Of a stretch of DNA of 64,000 nt, positions 43,019 to 62,609 are shown piece by piece (within the stretch, counting starts at the first letter, position 1; each line of letters starts with the position of its first letter). Source of the stretch: Paramecium tetraurelia. Lineage: Eukaryota. The position numbers and the translations under genes were made by a program. The stretch spans positions 124,001 through 188,000 of the forward strand of contig CT868011.1 in NCBI GenBank assembly GCA_000165425.1. The letters run 5' to 3'. The notes beneath the pieces are model-generated. The model was not told where the DNA came from. It saw nothing but the letters and a program-made list of their open reading frames with translations, and ran no database searches.

Positions 43019-44188
43019 TCAATTTTAAATAAACTTTTTATAGGTTTCTGCATTTCTCTTTAGAATATCTTCAACAGGTCCAAGCAATCTCAAAAACGAA
43101 TTACTATCTAAATAAACTACCACACATTAAGTCTATGTAATTTTATCATATGTACTTCAGCTATTATTGTAGCCTATCTTGGTAATTTATGTATTAATGC
43201 TAATTCTCCGAAATAGTCACCTGGCTGATAGCGTAAGACTTCTACTTATTACCCGTTGTTATCTTTATAAGCAGCTAAAGTTCCTTCTGCAACCATATAA
43301 AATTTATCTCCTTCCTCCCCTTCTTGAATAATTACCTCTCCTTTCTAATAGGTTTACTCTTTCAAACCATCACAAATTTAGGTCTTTTCATATGCTTCCA
43401 TGGATTGTAATAACTCAACTTTTGACAACACTTCCTCATATTATAGTCTCTTTTTTATAGTAGCATCTTTGACAATGTTATTGAAGGTGCTTCTGTCTAA
43501 TGCAAAGAGAACTGAATCCTCCTTTGCTTAAATAGAGGCTGCTCTTGGAGAATTATAGAGTAGAGACAATTCTCCGAACATATCACCAGGTTTATATTTT
43601 TTTAGGAATTTAGGTTCAGGATCTGTAGGTTTCATTTTTCTAAAGCAATCCAGTTCGCCTGAGAAGACAATGTATAGTTCAGCTCCATCATCTCCTTGAG
43701 TAATGACCCAGTCATCTTTTGTGTAATGTTTCTCTTCCATGGCATTTACAACAATTTCTTATTCATGTTGACCGAGGGCTTAGAACATAAACACTTTCAT
43801 TAATTTCTCTAAAATTTATTGCTTCTATTCTTCAGTTTTAGGAATCACTCTTGGTATAAAGTTTTCCTTCTTGTTATGAACTCCAAAGACTTCTGCACTA
43901 ACAGAACTTCTAAAGGTTTTAGCATTTTTGACTGGCAATGGCAATTCATCAACTTCCTCATTCTCTTCTTCCTCAGAGGAGAGATTGTATTCAATAGCAA
44001 TCTTAGTCGAAAAGGCTTTGCTTGATTGAAATCTAACAGATTCAAGGTATTGGATCATCCAATCAATCTAAAATAAATTCATCACTTACGTAGTTTTCAG
44101 GTTAAGATTTAAAGAGTTCGTATATCATTTTCTGTATTACATCGTTTACTTTTTCTTTGTACTTTGTAATTCTCTCCTTATTATTCAT
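43019..44188 (-). CDS. cAMP-dependent protein kinase regulatory subunit
   Basis: Inhibitor site FRSSVSAEVFG; two cNMP-binding domains with FGELSLLYNSPRAASI and FGELALIHKLPRQATIIA; LDSNSFLRLLGPVEDILKRN; two introns. Confidence 0.95.
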
Positions 44189-44535
44189 AAATATATAAAT
44201 TATGAGTTGGATTTATTATTTATTATTTAATCGTTTCTGTAACTGTATTCTTATTTATCCGAAAATTCCAATAAAAAAGAAAAATTGACAGTCCATTTTG
44301 ATAAGCATAAATTTCAACATAAGTAACCAATCAGTGCAGAGGCCCTAATCCATAATATCGCTTTAATGATTATTTAAGGTTTAAAATATTCAAAATAATC
44401 CTTTTATATAATAATTAAATAAAAATACTATGAGTAATATTTAAGGAAAGACAATAATCATACAATTTATTTATTTACGTGTTTTATAATTAGGTATTAT
44501 TGTCGTATGGCAATCAATTATTAATAATAAATTCC

Positions 44536-48592
<4,057 letters not shown>

Positions 48593-49445
48593 TCATTTGT
48601 TCTAATTCTTGATGAAATTAATGATTTAATGTTGTTTATATTCATATCAATTTTATTAACAAAGGATTTCCTTCAGTATTTAACTATAATTTATTGATTA
48701 ATTTGAACTATTTCTTTGCATATTACAACAACTCAATTAAATAGTTGAAATTGATGAGCAATAAATTACTGACTTAATTTATTTATTATTATTTTAGAGG
48801 ATTTATGAATTTCTATAAGTAATTTACAATTCAAATTGTTATTTGTTTCTTTTCTATATAATAATTTTTCAATCTTAACATTTTTATTTAATTTTTTTTT
48901 TCCACTCTTTTCTAATAAAATTATATCAAAGAAATACTTTATTCTTCTTTTTTCAAACCATCATTGATTATTCCTAGAATAAAAACATTCAAACACTATG
49001 ATGAATTCATCATATCGTAGATTAATTCAACAATTAGATGGAACTTATAGATTTATATTATCAAATATTGTAATTATGATTTGATCACAATTCAATTTTA
49101 TCATCCAGGATAAGTAAGGTCTTATGAATCTGATTTTAATGATGATAATTAAGACTAATCTAATAAGAATCCCATAAAAAAAGTTTAAAGATATTAAGTT
49201 ATTAACTTAGGTGATAACAAAAATTTTTAATTAACTACAAATCATGAGTTATATAATTAATGATTTTTGATTTTGATTAAGAGGTTATCTCATAAAGAAA
49301 AAACAAGCTTAAGATCTTGCTAAATAGAAATAATAATAAGCAGAGAATTTTTGGGTATCATCAGCATTCAATAGTAAAATAAGTATTCGAGCAGCCCAAA
49401 AGAGTTTTTTCATATTCTCGATCGATAAGGCATTTTTAAGAAATT

Positions 49446-49928
49446 ATGTCTAAAACTGGGTCCATAAGTTTGAATAAAAAAGCAATAACTTTATTTATAA
49501 GAAGAGATGAACATACAGAGAGAAAGCCATATGATGAGATTATTAACGCTACAAATTCAAAGCTAATTTAAACTGACGATATAATTCCAGATGAGTTTGG
49601 TTACAGGACAGAGAGAAATCCATTATATAAATAGCAATCTCCTTATATTAAATAAAGAAAATTCAGTTAGAATCTCAATGTAAAAGACAAAATTCCAAAA
49701 AAACCATACATTTAACATGCAATAGAGAGTTAGGTTGTCCCAACTTCAAGAACAAACAGAGGCCTAAAAAAACATACATTTTAGAATGAAATTCTGTAAT
49801 AAAAGGTGAACTTAATTACATCAGCAAATCTGAAAGAACAGGAGCTGCAATCAAATAAGAGCAGACAAAAATAAATTGATCTTTATTCAAATGACAATAT
49901 ATTCGCAACAATAACTCACAGATATTGA
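49446..49928 (+). pseudogene. Coding-like 160-codon frame, probably part of a decayed or hypothetical gene spanning ~49000-50000
   Basis: Open code-6 frame MSKTGSISLNKK...DIIPDEFGYRTERNPLYKQQSP...; flanking coding-like sequence is in other frames. Confidence 0.35.
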
Positions 49929-50318
49929 TTAACTCATAAGTCTTCCATATATATAATATTTACAGAAAGCTAAATCTTAGCATGCTCTAAATCCACTTTC
50001 AGCATAATTTCACTTAAACAATGGGATCATTTTGCTTAATTAATTAAATCTATTCACTTACATTCAAAATCAAAGTATCATTTATTATTATTCTATCTTT
50101 CACATATCTAATGCATCAATTATCTATGTAAACTAAAGAGAGACATTATTTATGATCCTAGATTCTAGCTTCGATTAATATTCAATTTTTATTAATTTAA
50201 AAAATAATGCTTTATCTAAATTCATCTGTCTATGTAATTATTTAATTCAAAAAACCAAAGTATTTATAATTGAATTTATAGTGTTTAATTGTCATAGAAT
50301 TATTTCATATTAATTCAA

Positions 50319-52367
50319 TCATTTATTTAAATATTTCAGATTTCCTGTCAATTATTTTTAAATCAACGAAAATTCAATCTTATCAATGCATTCTTGATTG
50401 GTTTCATATTCTACTCTGTTTCCTTTAAATCCTGGGTTCTTAAAACCAGTGATTTTCAAGCCTTCTGGGATTTTGATTGATTTAATATCAAAATCTATTT
50501 ATGACTATATAGGATCTATTATATACGTCTTTAAGGGATTCAAGATTGTCACAAACCTTCTAGGATTTACCTTGATAATTGCACTCACTAAAGACTTCAA
50601 TGCATTCTTTTAATGGTGAATATAACAGTAAAAACTCTCTAAATCCCCAAGATGCTTCATCTGCTGTCTTTTGAAGTGTACTTTTGAAATCCAAAGTTAA
50701 TTCGGATTAAGAATGAGGGATGATTTTATCTATATTCATTATTCTTTCTTTCCAATTTCCATTCAGATTACCACAAATATCACTTTGACCAGGATCATTC
50801 CATCCTAAAAATTGACTCCAAAACTCTTGGTTATCAACATACATAGTCAACTCTTCTCCATCCCATTAATCAATCTTATACACTGTAGCTCTAATTCTAA
50901 TAAAGTCATGTTTAGGTAAGTTAAACACTTTTTGAACTGTTGTTTTCTAAAATGATAATTATTAAATCTACTTTTCCAAAAGCTAAGTAACCACCAACTA
51001 ATCCTAGATCACCACATTTAGTAAATGGTGGATTGGGACCAGCAGGATCAACATCTTAAAATGTCCATCCATCTACTTTATTAAATTACTCAGGAGTAAA
51101 GAACTCTTTAGATAAGATATACCATTCATTTTTGTTAACACATTTTCCATCTAGCAATGTATGTGTTGGTTAACATTTAGTACATTCATTTTCAGCAGTT
51201 CCAATACATTCATCGCAAAATTTAGTACATTATGCAGCAAACAAAAAGAAATCACGTACTCCCCATGATTGTTCATCAGGGTCATTCTTCAATGAAGTAG
51301 TAAATTAAATAGTTAAAGATGGACTTGAGTGTTTTTAAATAATCTCAATAGACACAATCTTCTCTCCATAGCCAGGGTTTGTTTATTAACTAGAAATAAT
51401 CATAAAATGTACGCTCCACACAAGTCAATTCCATCTGTTTTTTAGAATGCCAATTTTTAGACTTACTTATCATCAATTTTGACGTAGAATTATTCATTAT
51501 CCCATAAATCAATCTAAATGAATTGTAATTTTACCTTCCAAAAAGTAAATTTCACCATCACTTTACTATGAGGCACCATATTAGTAAATGTATTGGACAA
51601 TAGAGCTTTAGCTCCAATATTTTCGTATCCCCCAAATACCACAATACCAGAACATTCATATCCCTTAGGTTTTCCATTCTCCAATTTCCATCCCTCCAAT
51701 TTGGTATCTACATGGAACCAACTCAAAGCTTCTTGGTTCCAATGTTTGCATTCTTACACTTTATCATTATGACATATGCCACATTCTGATGGACAAGGAA
51801 TAAATGATATTTTCATTTATCTAAATCCCCAGGCCTAGACATCTGCTTTCCCTTAAGAAGTAGTAGCCAAAACAGTTGTAACAGTAGGTGAATTATGAAG
51901 TATATCAAATTCAACATCGAAAACTTTATCACTATTTTTTGATTCCTAACCTCCACATAAACGAATTCCACCCTCTGTAAATCCCCATTTCATTTCCCAG
52001 GGAACTCCATCAACATAAACTGAAAATACATCGTTTTCCCATTCTCCTATTCTAATGGAAATAGATTGTTATTTCTATACTTCCATAGTTGCAAATTGAA
52101 CTTTAATTTATAATGAGGTGGTATCTTTATTAATTTAGTTGCTGTGCTTTTGGTCCCAAAAGTCTTGAGTCCTCCAATTATATTCTTACCACTACATTTT
52201 GTAATTATGTCTGTAGTTGCTTCGAATTAATTTTAGATCACCCAGCCTTAATGTTAATTTTGAATGTACCATCCAAGTGAGTCAAACTCATCTGATTGGA
52301 ATGCCTAATACGATGTAATCCATTATGTATTTGCTAGCACTAGGAGTGCAATAAATAATAATTTCAT
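50319..52367 (-). CDS. Secreted protein: three GW..C.G...GG...LP.H...F.KIDxWD repeats, furin-like Cys linkers and a C-terminal beta/gamma-crystallin domain
   Basis: Signal peptide MKLLFIALLVLANT; repeats such as TKCSGKNIIGGLKTFG...IPPHYKLKFNLQLW and ECSGIVVFGGYENIG...VPHSKVMVKFTFWK; C-terminus CIEVFSECNYQGKS...IKSIKIPEGLKITGFKNPGFKGNRVEY. Confidence 0.85.
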
Positions 52368-52515
52368 TAGAATAAAAAAACGAATATAATTTCATATTTA
52401 TGAATTATTTAGTATTCTTGTTACACTTAATCGATTATTATTGAACACATTAGATTTATCAACATTTTAATATTATTGGGGACTATATAAATTTTTACTA
52501 TAATTTTATTGATCC

Positions 52516-54380
52516 TCAATCTAACTTGCCGTTATGTATTTACTATGATGCTAGTTGTGTTCTTGCGATGAATTTAAAGATGACTAAATAAATTGATACA
52601 TCTCTTACTTATTTCATCATGTCGCTATATCCCTATTGAGTGAATCTCTTCCTTTCCAAGAAATCATTCTAAAAGAATGTCTTTAACTCTTCATTCGGAT
52701 TGAACATTGAGAAAGTGCTACTCACAGAACTTCGGTTGAAATCTTCAGATCGCTTCAATTCACTTTCCTGCTGCTTTCCCACACTTGACGGTCGGTAGTG
52801 ATAATTTAATTTTGGTGAGTATTGATCTAAGATCTATTGTTTGTATTTGCTATAAATCAAGATATTATCTTAAATTTAGTGATTCCCCAGAAAGCTGCTT
52901 CCCCTATTTGAGTTGGTCATTGAAATGGAGCCTTGTAATTAATTATATTGAGTCTGTCCCTTTAACTTTGGTTCATAATCTAATTATGGTGACATTTGTT
53001 ATTACTATTGTTTATAAAAACTACTATTAGAGATAGCTCTTTTATGAATAGATTCATTCAATTCTTGAGTAGATAACTTATTGTTTTCAGATAGGTAATC
53101 TTAATGCATCATTTTCAATTTTTCTGATGAATTTACAAAAGAGTTAGTAATAGAGTTTCTTTCACTTGCTATGTCTTATAGATGTTATTTATGCAATTTC
53201 TTATCCTAATCAAGCAATGCTTTGATTTTGGATACTGCCTGAGTGTTTGACTAAGTTTTGGTTTATCTATGAGAAGCTCTCCCTTTTGAGGAAGCAGAGT
53301 GACTACTTTGTTATTTCATATAAGATTGTGAGTTTTCTTCCTGTACAGTTTCTAGATTCTTCTTGAATGATTACTTCTATGAATATTTAAATTTAGGAGA
53401 TCTATTCGGGGATCTTTGTTGACCATGAGAGGATTTGGAAGTTTGTAATTATTATTTTTAGCTTGATTGTGATTGTGCAAATGTTTAATTCGTATTATTC
53501 ATATTATTTGTATTATGTGTATTATAAGTATTATGCATAAATTTGATCACTTTGTTTAGTATTTGATTATGAGGATACTTAAGATTATTATAACAATTAT
53601 TATTATTATTATTAGGATTGTTAGCTATGTTATGAATATTATATATATTGTGGAACATAATTATCTCTGACTGGATATCTATCTGTATCTTCGAACACAG
53701 GGGGCTCTTCGGTATCCGTGTGCTAGTAATCAGCAAAGTGACTCTTCTTCTAAGGGTTCTCAGAAATAAATTTAATTGGTTTTGGAGGTTTATCTTTTAT
53801 TAGATTGTCTCTCATAACAGATTTGATCTCTGTGTCATCTAAATGATGTTTAGAGATCGTTATGTGTATTTAATTAATGGTTTAAGGTGTTGTTTCGGTA
53901 ACCTTCGGAGTTATCTCCCTCTACTTTTTTTGTACCATTTATTACTACTGTTTGAATCCAAGTGAAGCCGATCTCTTTCGGTCATCATAGATTGGAGACA
54001 CATTTTGTATTAGTCGATCATGACTTCTTTGAGTCTGACGTTGTCTTAGCTTTTTACATCATAATCATTACATTATTGAATTATTATAATGGATCTATTG
54101 TGTTAATTTGCTTATTTCATCTTTCAATTGATCCAATTCATGTCTAATATCACAAGGTTCCTGCACTTATGATAATCTCCCGAACTATTGCAATTTGTCT
54201 AAATTTAAATTTTATTTTACTTGCGTAGTCTATTATCTCATCGATATTTGGTTTCCCATTTGTGACATATCCCTTTTTGATAAGCTTATCGAATCCGATA
54301 ACGAATACACATTTGATCATCATATCTTAATGTTAGAAAGGGAACAAATTGATTAACGATTGCACTAGTTTCCCATTCAT
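52516..54380 (-). CDS. Hypothetical Gln/Ser-rich low-complexity protein with a short N-terminal coiled coil
   Basis: ATG 54380; with tiny introns removed the frame reads IRHELDQLKDEISKL...QQSQQQQQQLLQQSQ...; TGA 52516-52518. TAA runs read as poly-Gln. Confidence 0.7.
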
Positions 54381-55067
54381 TAATAAGTTTGAATATTTTG
54401 GTATTATAATTTTTATTGTTAAATTAATAGGAATATCAATTGATTGCTTAAATGAATTTTTACTATATATATTAAAAATAATGAAAATTAATATTATTAA
54501 ACTTGTTCTATTTTAATTCCTTCCAACAACAAATAGGGTCAATTCACGTACTCATCATTGAGGGATCAAGTGCATGCTTTTTAGAATCCATGAATTGCGA
54601 TAGAAACAGCTAAATTTTAATAAATGTTGTTTTCTATGGAATCCAAGTTACTTATATTTATTAATTATTAATCAAATAAATTTTTAAACATCTAAATATT
54701 ACTGATAAAGAAAATCATAGATATGGATTAGTTACCCATTGAATGCAAACCAATCATGGTGTAGATTATGAAAAACACAAGTAATTCCTACTAAAATACA
54801 ACTTACCTAATGATTCATTATCAGTTTATTTTTGGTTATGTTTTTAATTGAGAACTAGTATTCCGCTCTTCTTCATTATATTAGACTAATATTTAACACA
54901 CATATATATCATCACAATTATTATTTTTTTAAATAATGAATTTCATGGATTGGATGTTTGTTTGTGATAAAAATGAAACTTTATTGATTAATATTAACAG
55001 GTATGTATTAATCAAGTGCTTGGTAAAGGAACAGCATGATAATTTATATGAATATGGATATTTTTTT

Positions 55068-56076
55068 TCATTTGTTATGATTTTCTGAAAATGTCAACAA
55101 CTCAAAGGCTATCGATTTCACTCTTTCTGTATTTTTCAGCGACCAAGGAAGTCGTTTGATGTCAATAGACGTCTATTATAATCGAATTCATAATTACGGT
55201 TCTATTTTCCCTTAAACTCAACCAAATTTTGTCCTGTAGTTTGTTAATCTTCTTCTTTCTGTCTGCTTGTATAGTATCATCTAAATGATCTATAATTATG
55301 TGGATAATATACCTAAAAACTCTTTGTAGAAACTTTGAAAAATTTGAGAAGAAAATACTTCTTTTAAAAAATCATTATTCATGGTTTTGTTTTTACTGTT
55401 CTTTCCAAATGGTAATACTAATGGAATATGTGTTTCCTACTCCATGATTTTTAAAAATTCCTACCTAGCAGTTTTTAAATTAGTTTCTATTAGATTGTTG
55501 ATAATAGTACTTGAAATGCTGTTTCTTTCTGATATTTTCTAAAATATAAACCTGAATGCTTTTCTTAGACAAAACTTGATTAATTCTTCCCTACTTTTGA
55601 GATGCTATTTTTATTTTGTTACTAAGATTTCTAAAGTCTGTGCTAATTGAACTTAGTTGATTTCTCTTAGATTTTGTGAAATCTAATGGATTTGATCATC
55701 ATCATCCATAACCATAAGTATGTATTCACGAAGCGTTTATTTGTTCAAAACAAGTTTGAGAGTGGGATCCTGAATTTTATTACTATTTTTGGAATTTGCC
55801 ATAGCCATAGTCGTTTTTTATGAGGATGTTGACTAATCTGAATAAGTGACTAGGATATGTGAGAGCAATACCATAATCATGATGTCTGTTGAATGGCAAG
55901 GATAATTAAAAATAGGGCTAACTCTATTAGTTATGAAATGGGGCGAAATTGCATGCTACTTAAAATTATGAATAAAAAGTTTATAGAGGATTTTAATAGG
56001 GAAAATCCTGGGTAAATGGTTAAGGCTGATGTAGTAAATGGGAAAAGATTAGTTGGTTGGTAAAAGGTTGGTTCAT
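55068..56076 (-). CDS. Ciliate-family protein with a Q/P/F-rich N-terminus and a conserved REE.IKF.LRKAF...LPF.KNSKNKTMN...KRLPW domain (putative transcription factor)
   Basis: Three tiny introns. KSREELIKFCLRKAFRFI; LVLPFGKNSKNKTMNNDFLKEVFSSQIFQSFYKEFL; DRKKKI; IKRLPWS. Confidence 0.8.
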
Positions 56077-56380
56077 GTGATGTAAAATATTAATATAAAT
56101 CGAATTCAAGTTAAAAGTATCTTTAATAATCATAAAATTCACATTAATATTATATTGATAAATTTAATGGAAGTTATCAATAATAGGGATAATCTAAGAA
56201 TATTAAACGAAAAACAAGGAAGTTAATTTATGTGATCAACAAAATATGATTTTGTTGTTAAATTGATTCGGTTGTACTAAATTATTCAATAATTGTTATT
56301 TTATAGCGAATCCGCAAAAAAATAAAATGCAAACTATTTATATGAACACAATTTTTATAATATTTATTATATACTATCTA

Positions 56381-58083
<1,703 letters not shown>

Positions 58084-58372
58084 TTTATTTTTAATTATGA
58101 TGCTTTATCAAGATGAATCCTCTTTGAATAATACGTACTATACGTCATTCGAATTATAGATTTAGGAATTATGATTTAATTTATTTTATTTATTTTATTT
58201 CGTGATGTATTATGCCTTCATTTCTCAATGTTACTAATACGAATTATTATTAATTTTATTATTATTCCTATTTAACTACCCACTTCATACAATGCCATTC
58301 TTCGATCAATTAAAATTAAATTTATTGCAACATATTCAAATAAAATAATATATATAATCTAAATTATCCAAA

Positions 58373-60509
58373 ATGTCTCATACTACCAAAGAATACCTCC
58401 CTGTTGTCTTCACTGATCTCTAAATCTCTACCAAAATTCAACTCGACGACTTCTACATCGAAGAAAGGTACTCTCATACTCAAATCAAGACTCCCCATCC
58501 TCAAATAATCACACCATTCAACATCTCAACCCAAAATATCCAAAGTCACCTCTCCCTCCAAAACCCAACTAGAAATACTCAACTACCAAAAGAACATCAA
58601 AAAGATCGTATTCCCCAACATACTTCAGAGAACTAAAGAAGACATCAAAAAGTATCGAAAACATCAACTCTCCTTGATCAGTGATGAAATCTCAAATTCC
58701 TAGCCAATTATTGAATTAGATCACAAAAAAGTAACCAAAACCAATAGCAAATCTCCTCTTAAATTCCATTCTTAATAACCAAGTTATATAAGCAATTAGC
58801 CGATTAGAACAGATCTCTCCTCTTTAATATTCGATAATAATTTCGAACCCTATTCGAATGATTCTATTCTAAAGTTTCATAAACTTAGGTACCTTTTAAT
58901 TGATAACTTAGTCCAACATTCAATGAAAACTCTTGGTAAAAAGTCGATAAAGTCAACAGAATCAATTTAGCTCACGAAGTCTAAAAAGAAATTCATCATT
59001 TAGAGAGATTCAATACCTATTGGAAACCAGATATGATTAACTAGTATCTGCAATTGAAAATTGTGTAAAAGGGAGTCAACTTTAAAAGAGGGAACAAAAG
59101 AATATTTATATTAATGTACCTGCCTCATCAAACTCTTGTTTTAAAAAGCTCATAGGTAGAAGTCAAAAATAGGTATACTACTTATAAACTATCTTATAGT
59201 TCAGTTTCATTATAACTAAATGCTTTGGTTTATTTCACACCTATTTATGATAAAATCAGTAATATGAGCGAATTGGCAGATAACTACAACACTTGGACTA
59301 AGCACTTCTTAGATTTACTACATTACAAACAGCATATCAATACTGTAAAGTTCTTTTTCTTAGATGGTAAAGAACTCTAAACTTTAAATCAAATACCCTC
59401 TTATGAGAAATTCGTCTATTGCAATCTACACGTAAATTGATTTTACACATTATAGGGAGATTTCGATCTTTGGAGTAGAGTTGGATAAACCTTAAATCTT
59501 GGAGGTTCATTCTAATTAGACAAATACGTGAAATTAGCAACCAAGATGGTGGACTTAAGATCAAAGGATGATATTGTCAAGTTCTTTGGCAAAAGAGATA
59601 ACTTTCTTCCTTTTTATTCCATGGCCTATAATCAAACTGATGAGGGTGTAAAGTCTCCTCTTTTACAATCTATTGAAATAATTCAGCAAGATGGAGATGA
59701 CGAATAATTAAATGATGAAGTTATTGATCAGTCTATATTTCAAATGAATAAGAATTAACAAAAAACTTATCTCAAAACAATATAGTATTTTATTCAATAG
59801 AACAAAACTAAGTATTCAGTGCATTTGGCAAATTAAGAAGCTGGAATGAGACAGAGAAAAGAGAATATCAAAGGCATTAGAAGGAAATCAATTGAAATTA
59901 AATTAAAAGGAGTATTCTATTATTCATGACATTTAATAGTAAAAGTAAATATTGGATCCTAATGAAGAAGCTCACATTGAGAGGAAATTGTTGCACTAGG
60001 GCACTCAATCAATCGAAGAAATTAAGGAAGACGCTGTTGATAAAGTTGAAGTGTTTAAGAACGCAATTTATAAAAAGTTACCCAAGAAGATCGAATTAAC
60101 AAATGATCCATTTTCGAGTTTCTCTTCAAAGGATAATAAGAAATTTAAAGAAATTATGAAGTTGATTAATATTGAATAAATAGTATTAGAAAAAAAAGTG
60201 AGCAGACAAGATGTTATGCATTACCTATCTTTATTCAAGGCCCTTATGGATTCAGATAATCAGAACTATTTCACAATCGCTCAATTAGATTACCCTTCCT
60301 TATACATTTCGAGAGAACAATTACAAAAAAGTCTGCCCTACATAGTCTTATACAAAAACCAATTGAACACTGCCAAGTTGAATGAAATCTACGAGAGACA
60401 GTACAACTACGTTGAGTTCTTAGAATTCTTAGACATTTTCACTACTGAGTACATAGTCTCTGATAAAGAGTTGGAGAGATTGAAGAACTAGAAATAAGAT
60501 CCATATTGA
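58373..60509 (+). CDS. Hypothetical ~690-aa protein with a degenerate EF-hand-like C-terminus
   Basis: ATG 58373, tiny introns near 58469 and 59173, open to TGA 60507-60509; C-terminal VSRQDVMHYLSLFKALMD...YNYVEFLEFLDIF. Confidence 0.7.
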
Positions 60510-60561
60510 CTTCTAATATATTTTAAAATATTCGAAATTCGATAAAGTAAAATATTGTATT

Positions 60562-61542
60562 TCATTATTCCTTTTCTTGGGATGTTTATAGTATCTATTG
60601 ATATCTGTTGCTCATTTCATGAACAATTAGTGAATCATCAACTCCGCATTTGAGTATCCAGGGATGCTGTTCAATTTCTGAGATCTAAAAAAACATAGTG
60701 TGATATTCGTTACTGATAATCTTTAATTGGGATTGAAAGCCAATAACTTTGTTATGAGATCCTTCAACTCAGGACTAAAGTCAACTTATTGAACTTCCCA
60801 AAACTTGTTGTACTGTTTCCTTAAACAAATACATGAAGAGATGATACCTGTAAATTAATTAGTATACTTGATCTGTTTTGATGTTGGCAGTCTGAAATGG
60901 ACAGAAGCCTGAAGTGATCTGGAATAATATCACTCCCAATTGAAATAGGTCGGCTTCGATTCCATGGTAAGGTTGTTGCAGGAATATTTCAGGAGCTGCT
61001 GTTGAGGGCGAACCGACATAGCTGAACATAGATAGAAAGTGAATACGTGTTAATCTTGGTTCTTTTTCCTTGGGCATCCAAAAATTTTATTGCGTAGCCG
61101 AAATCGCAGATTAGAATATTGAAATTATCATCCAACAATATGTTTTCTAATTTTAGATCTCTGTGAGCCACTCCTTTTTTATGGATTTCAGAGATGACTA
61201 TGATTTTATAAAACTATACTTTAGGTTATCTACTTAAAATAATGTCTTGAAAATTCTTCAGTGAATTTCTAGAGCTTTAAATATTGTAATAGATTCCCTT
61301 GTTTGGCGTAATCCATCATGATGCAACCATCGCATTCACATTCCCTTACTCTTATTACTCCTGGAATGTTGCTTAATAACTGCATTATTTTTATTTCATT
61401 TTCATACAAAGATGACTATTATTACTTGAAGACCTTCATAGCCATCAGTTACCCACATCGATTCACCAGTTATACACTAAAAGCTTTTAAGAATTAAATA
61501 CTCCGCAGAATACCCTTGTCCAATTTTAGTCACTACAAACAT
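60562..61542 (-). CDS. Ser/Thr protein kinase (CAMK-like, minimal catalytic domain)
   Basis: [60 protein letters not shown]; several tiny introns. Confidence 0.93.
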
Positions 61543-62609
61543 TTTAGAAATATTAATATACTAATAAATATTTAATTTTTTATTGCATTCACTATCCTGG
61601 TGTTAAATAATAATTTATAATAATATCTATAAATTTATTCTTAAGCATTTCTTCAAAATTCACATATAATATTCTATTGATTTGAATCATGTAGAATAGT
61701 ATAACAGTGAATGAATAAATAAATTAAATTTAGATTAAAACTGTTTAAACCATTCCATTCAAATTATCCATCACTACTAATTAGTTCTAGCATATTCAAA
61801 GAATCAATTTTATTAACTGTTTCTATGATTAGGAAAACATATTAAATTTGAAATTTCCATCTCTAACAAACACTAAATAAATTTAATTTTAAATATGAAT
61901 ACACAAGAAACAGTTAATACAAAGTAACCATTTAGATAATTCATAACTAACATATTTAGTTCTTTTTCAAATATGTGAATAGCCAAAAAAGATCAATAAA
62001 TTTATCAAACAAATAACGAAAATTAAAATGAGTATAAAAATAAAGATTCGAACAGTTTAAGAATTAAGACAGAATAATAAATAATATAGAAATCCATTAT
62101 TAATCATAGAAAAATAACAGTACCCAACAAAAATTGATATTAATACTAAGATTCTCATGAGAATAAAAATAAATCAAAATCTTTTAAGCAAAAATGAATT
62201 AGATCATAAAAATATAAAAAATAAATATTTAATAGTGTTTATATGTCGCTCATATGTTTACTTGATGAAGTAGACCCTAATTTATAATACGATAATTAGA
62301 AGGTAATGTAAGCAGGAGTGATGTCTAAGTCTATCTATTGATTGTGCTAATTCCTTATAATCATCATAAATTTGAACCTTAAAATTATCTTTTTTGTGTT
62401 TGATGCAACATTATAAAACTTTTATTATTAAAAAGATTTTCATTAATGCTTTGACATTTGAACAATTTTTATATTAGATTTAATAATGTCTTAGAAATGA
62501 GAAGATTTTAATTTGTAACAATTACGAAACAATTAATAATGATACATAGGAATGAAGTTAAAATAATCTGATGATATTCAATTTATATATTTATATTTGC
62601 ATATAAAAA

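Noticed and set aside
53580..53650. (TTA)n microsatellite
   Set aside because: It is poly-Gln coding sequence (TAA codons) on the minus strand.
54039..54090. Apparent frameshift in the Gln-rich gene
   Set aside because: Resolved by a 27-nt intron (gtaatgattatgatgtaaaaagctaag) that contains an in-frame TGA.
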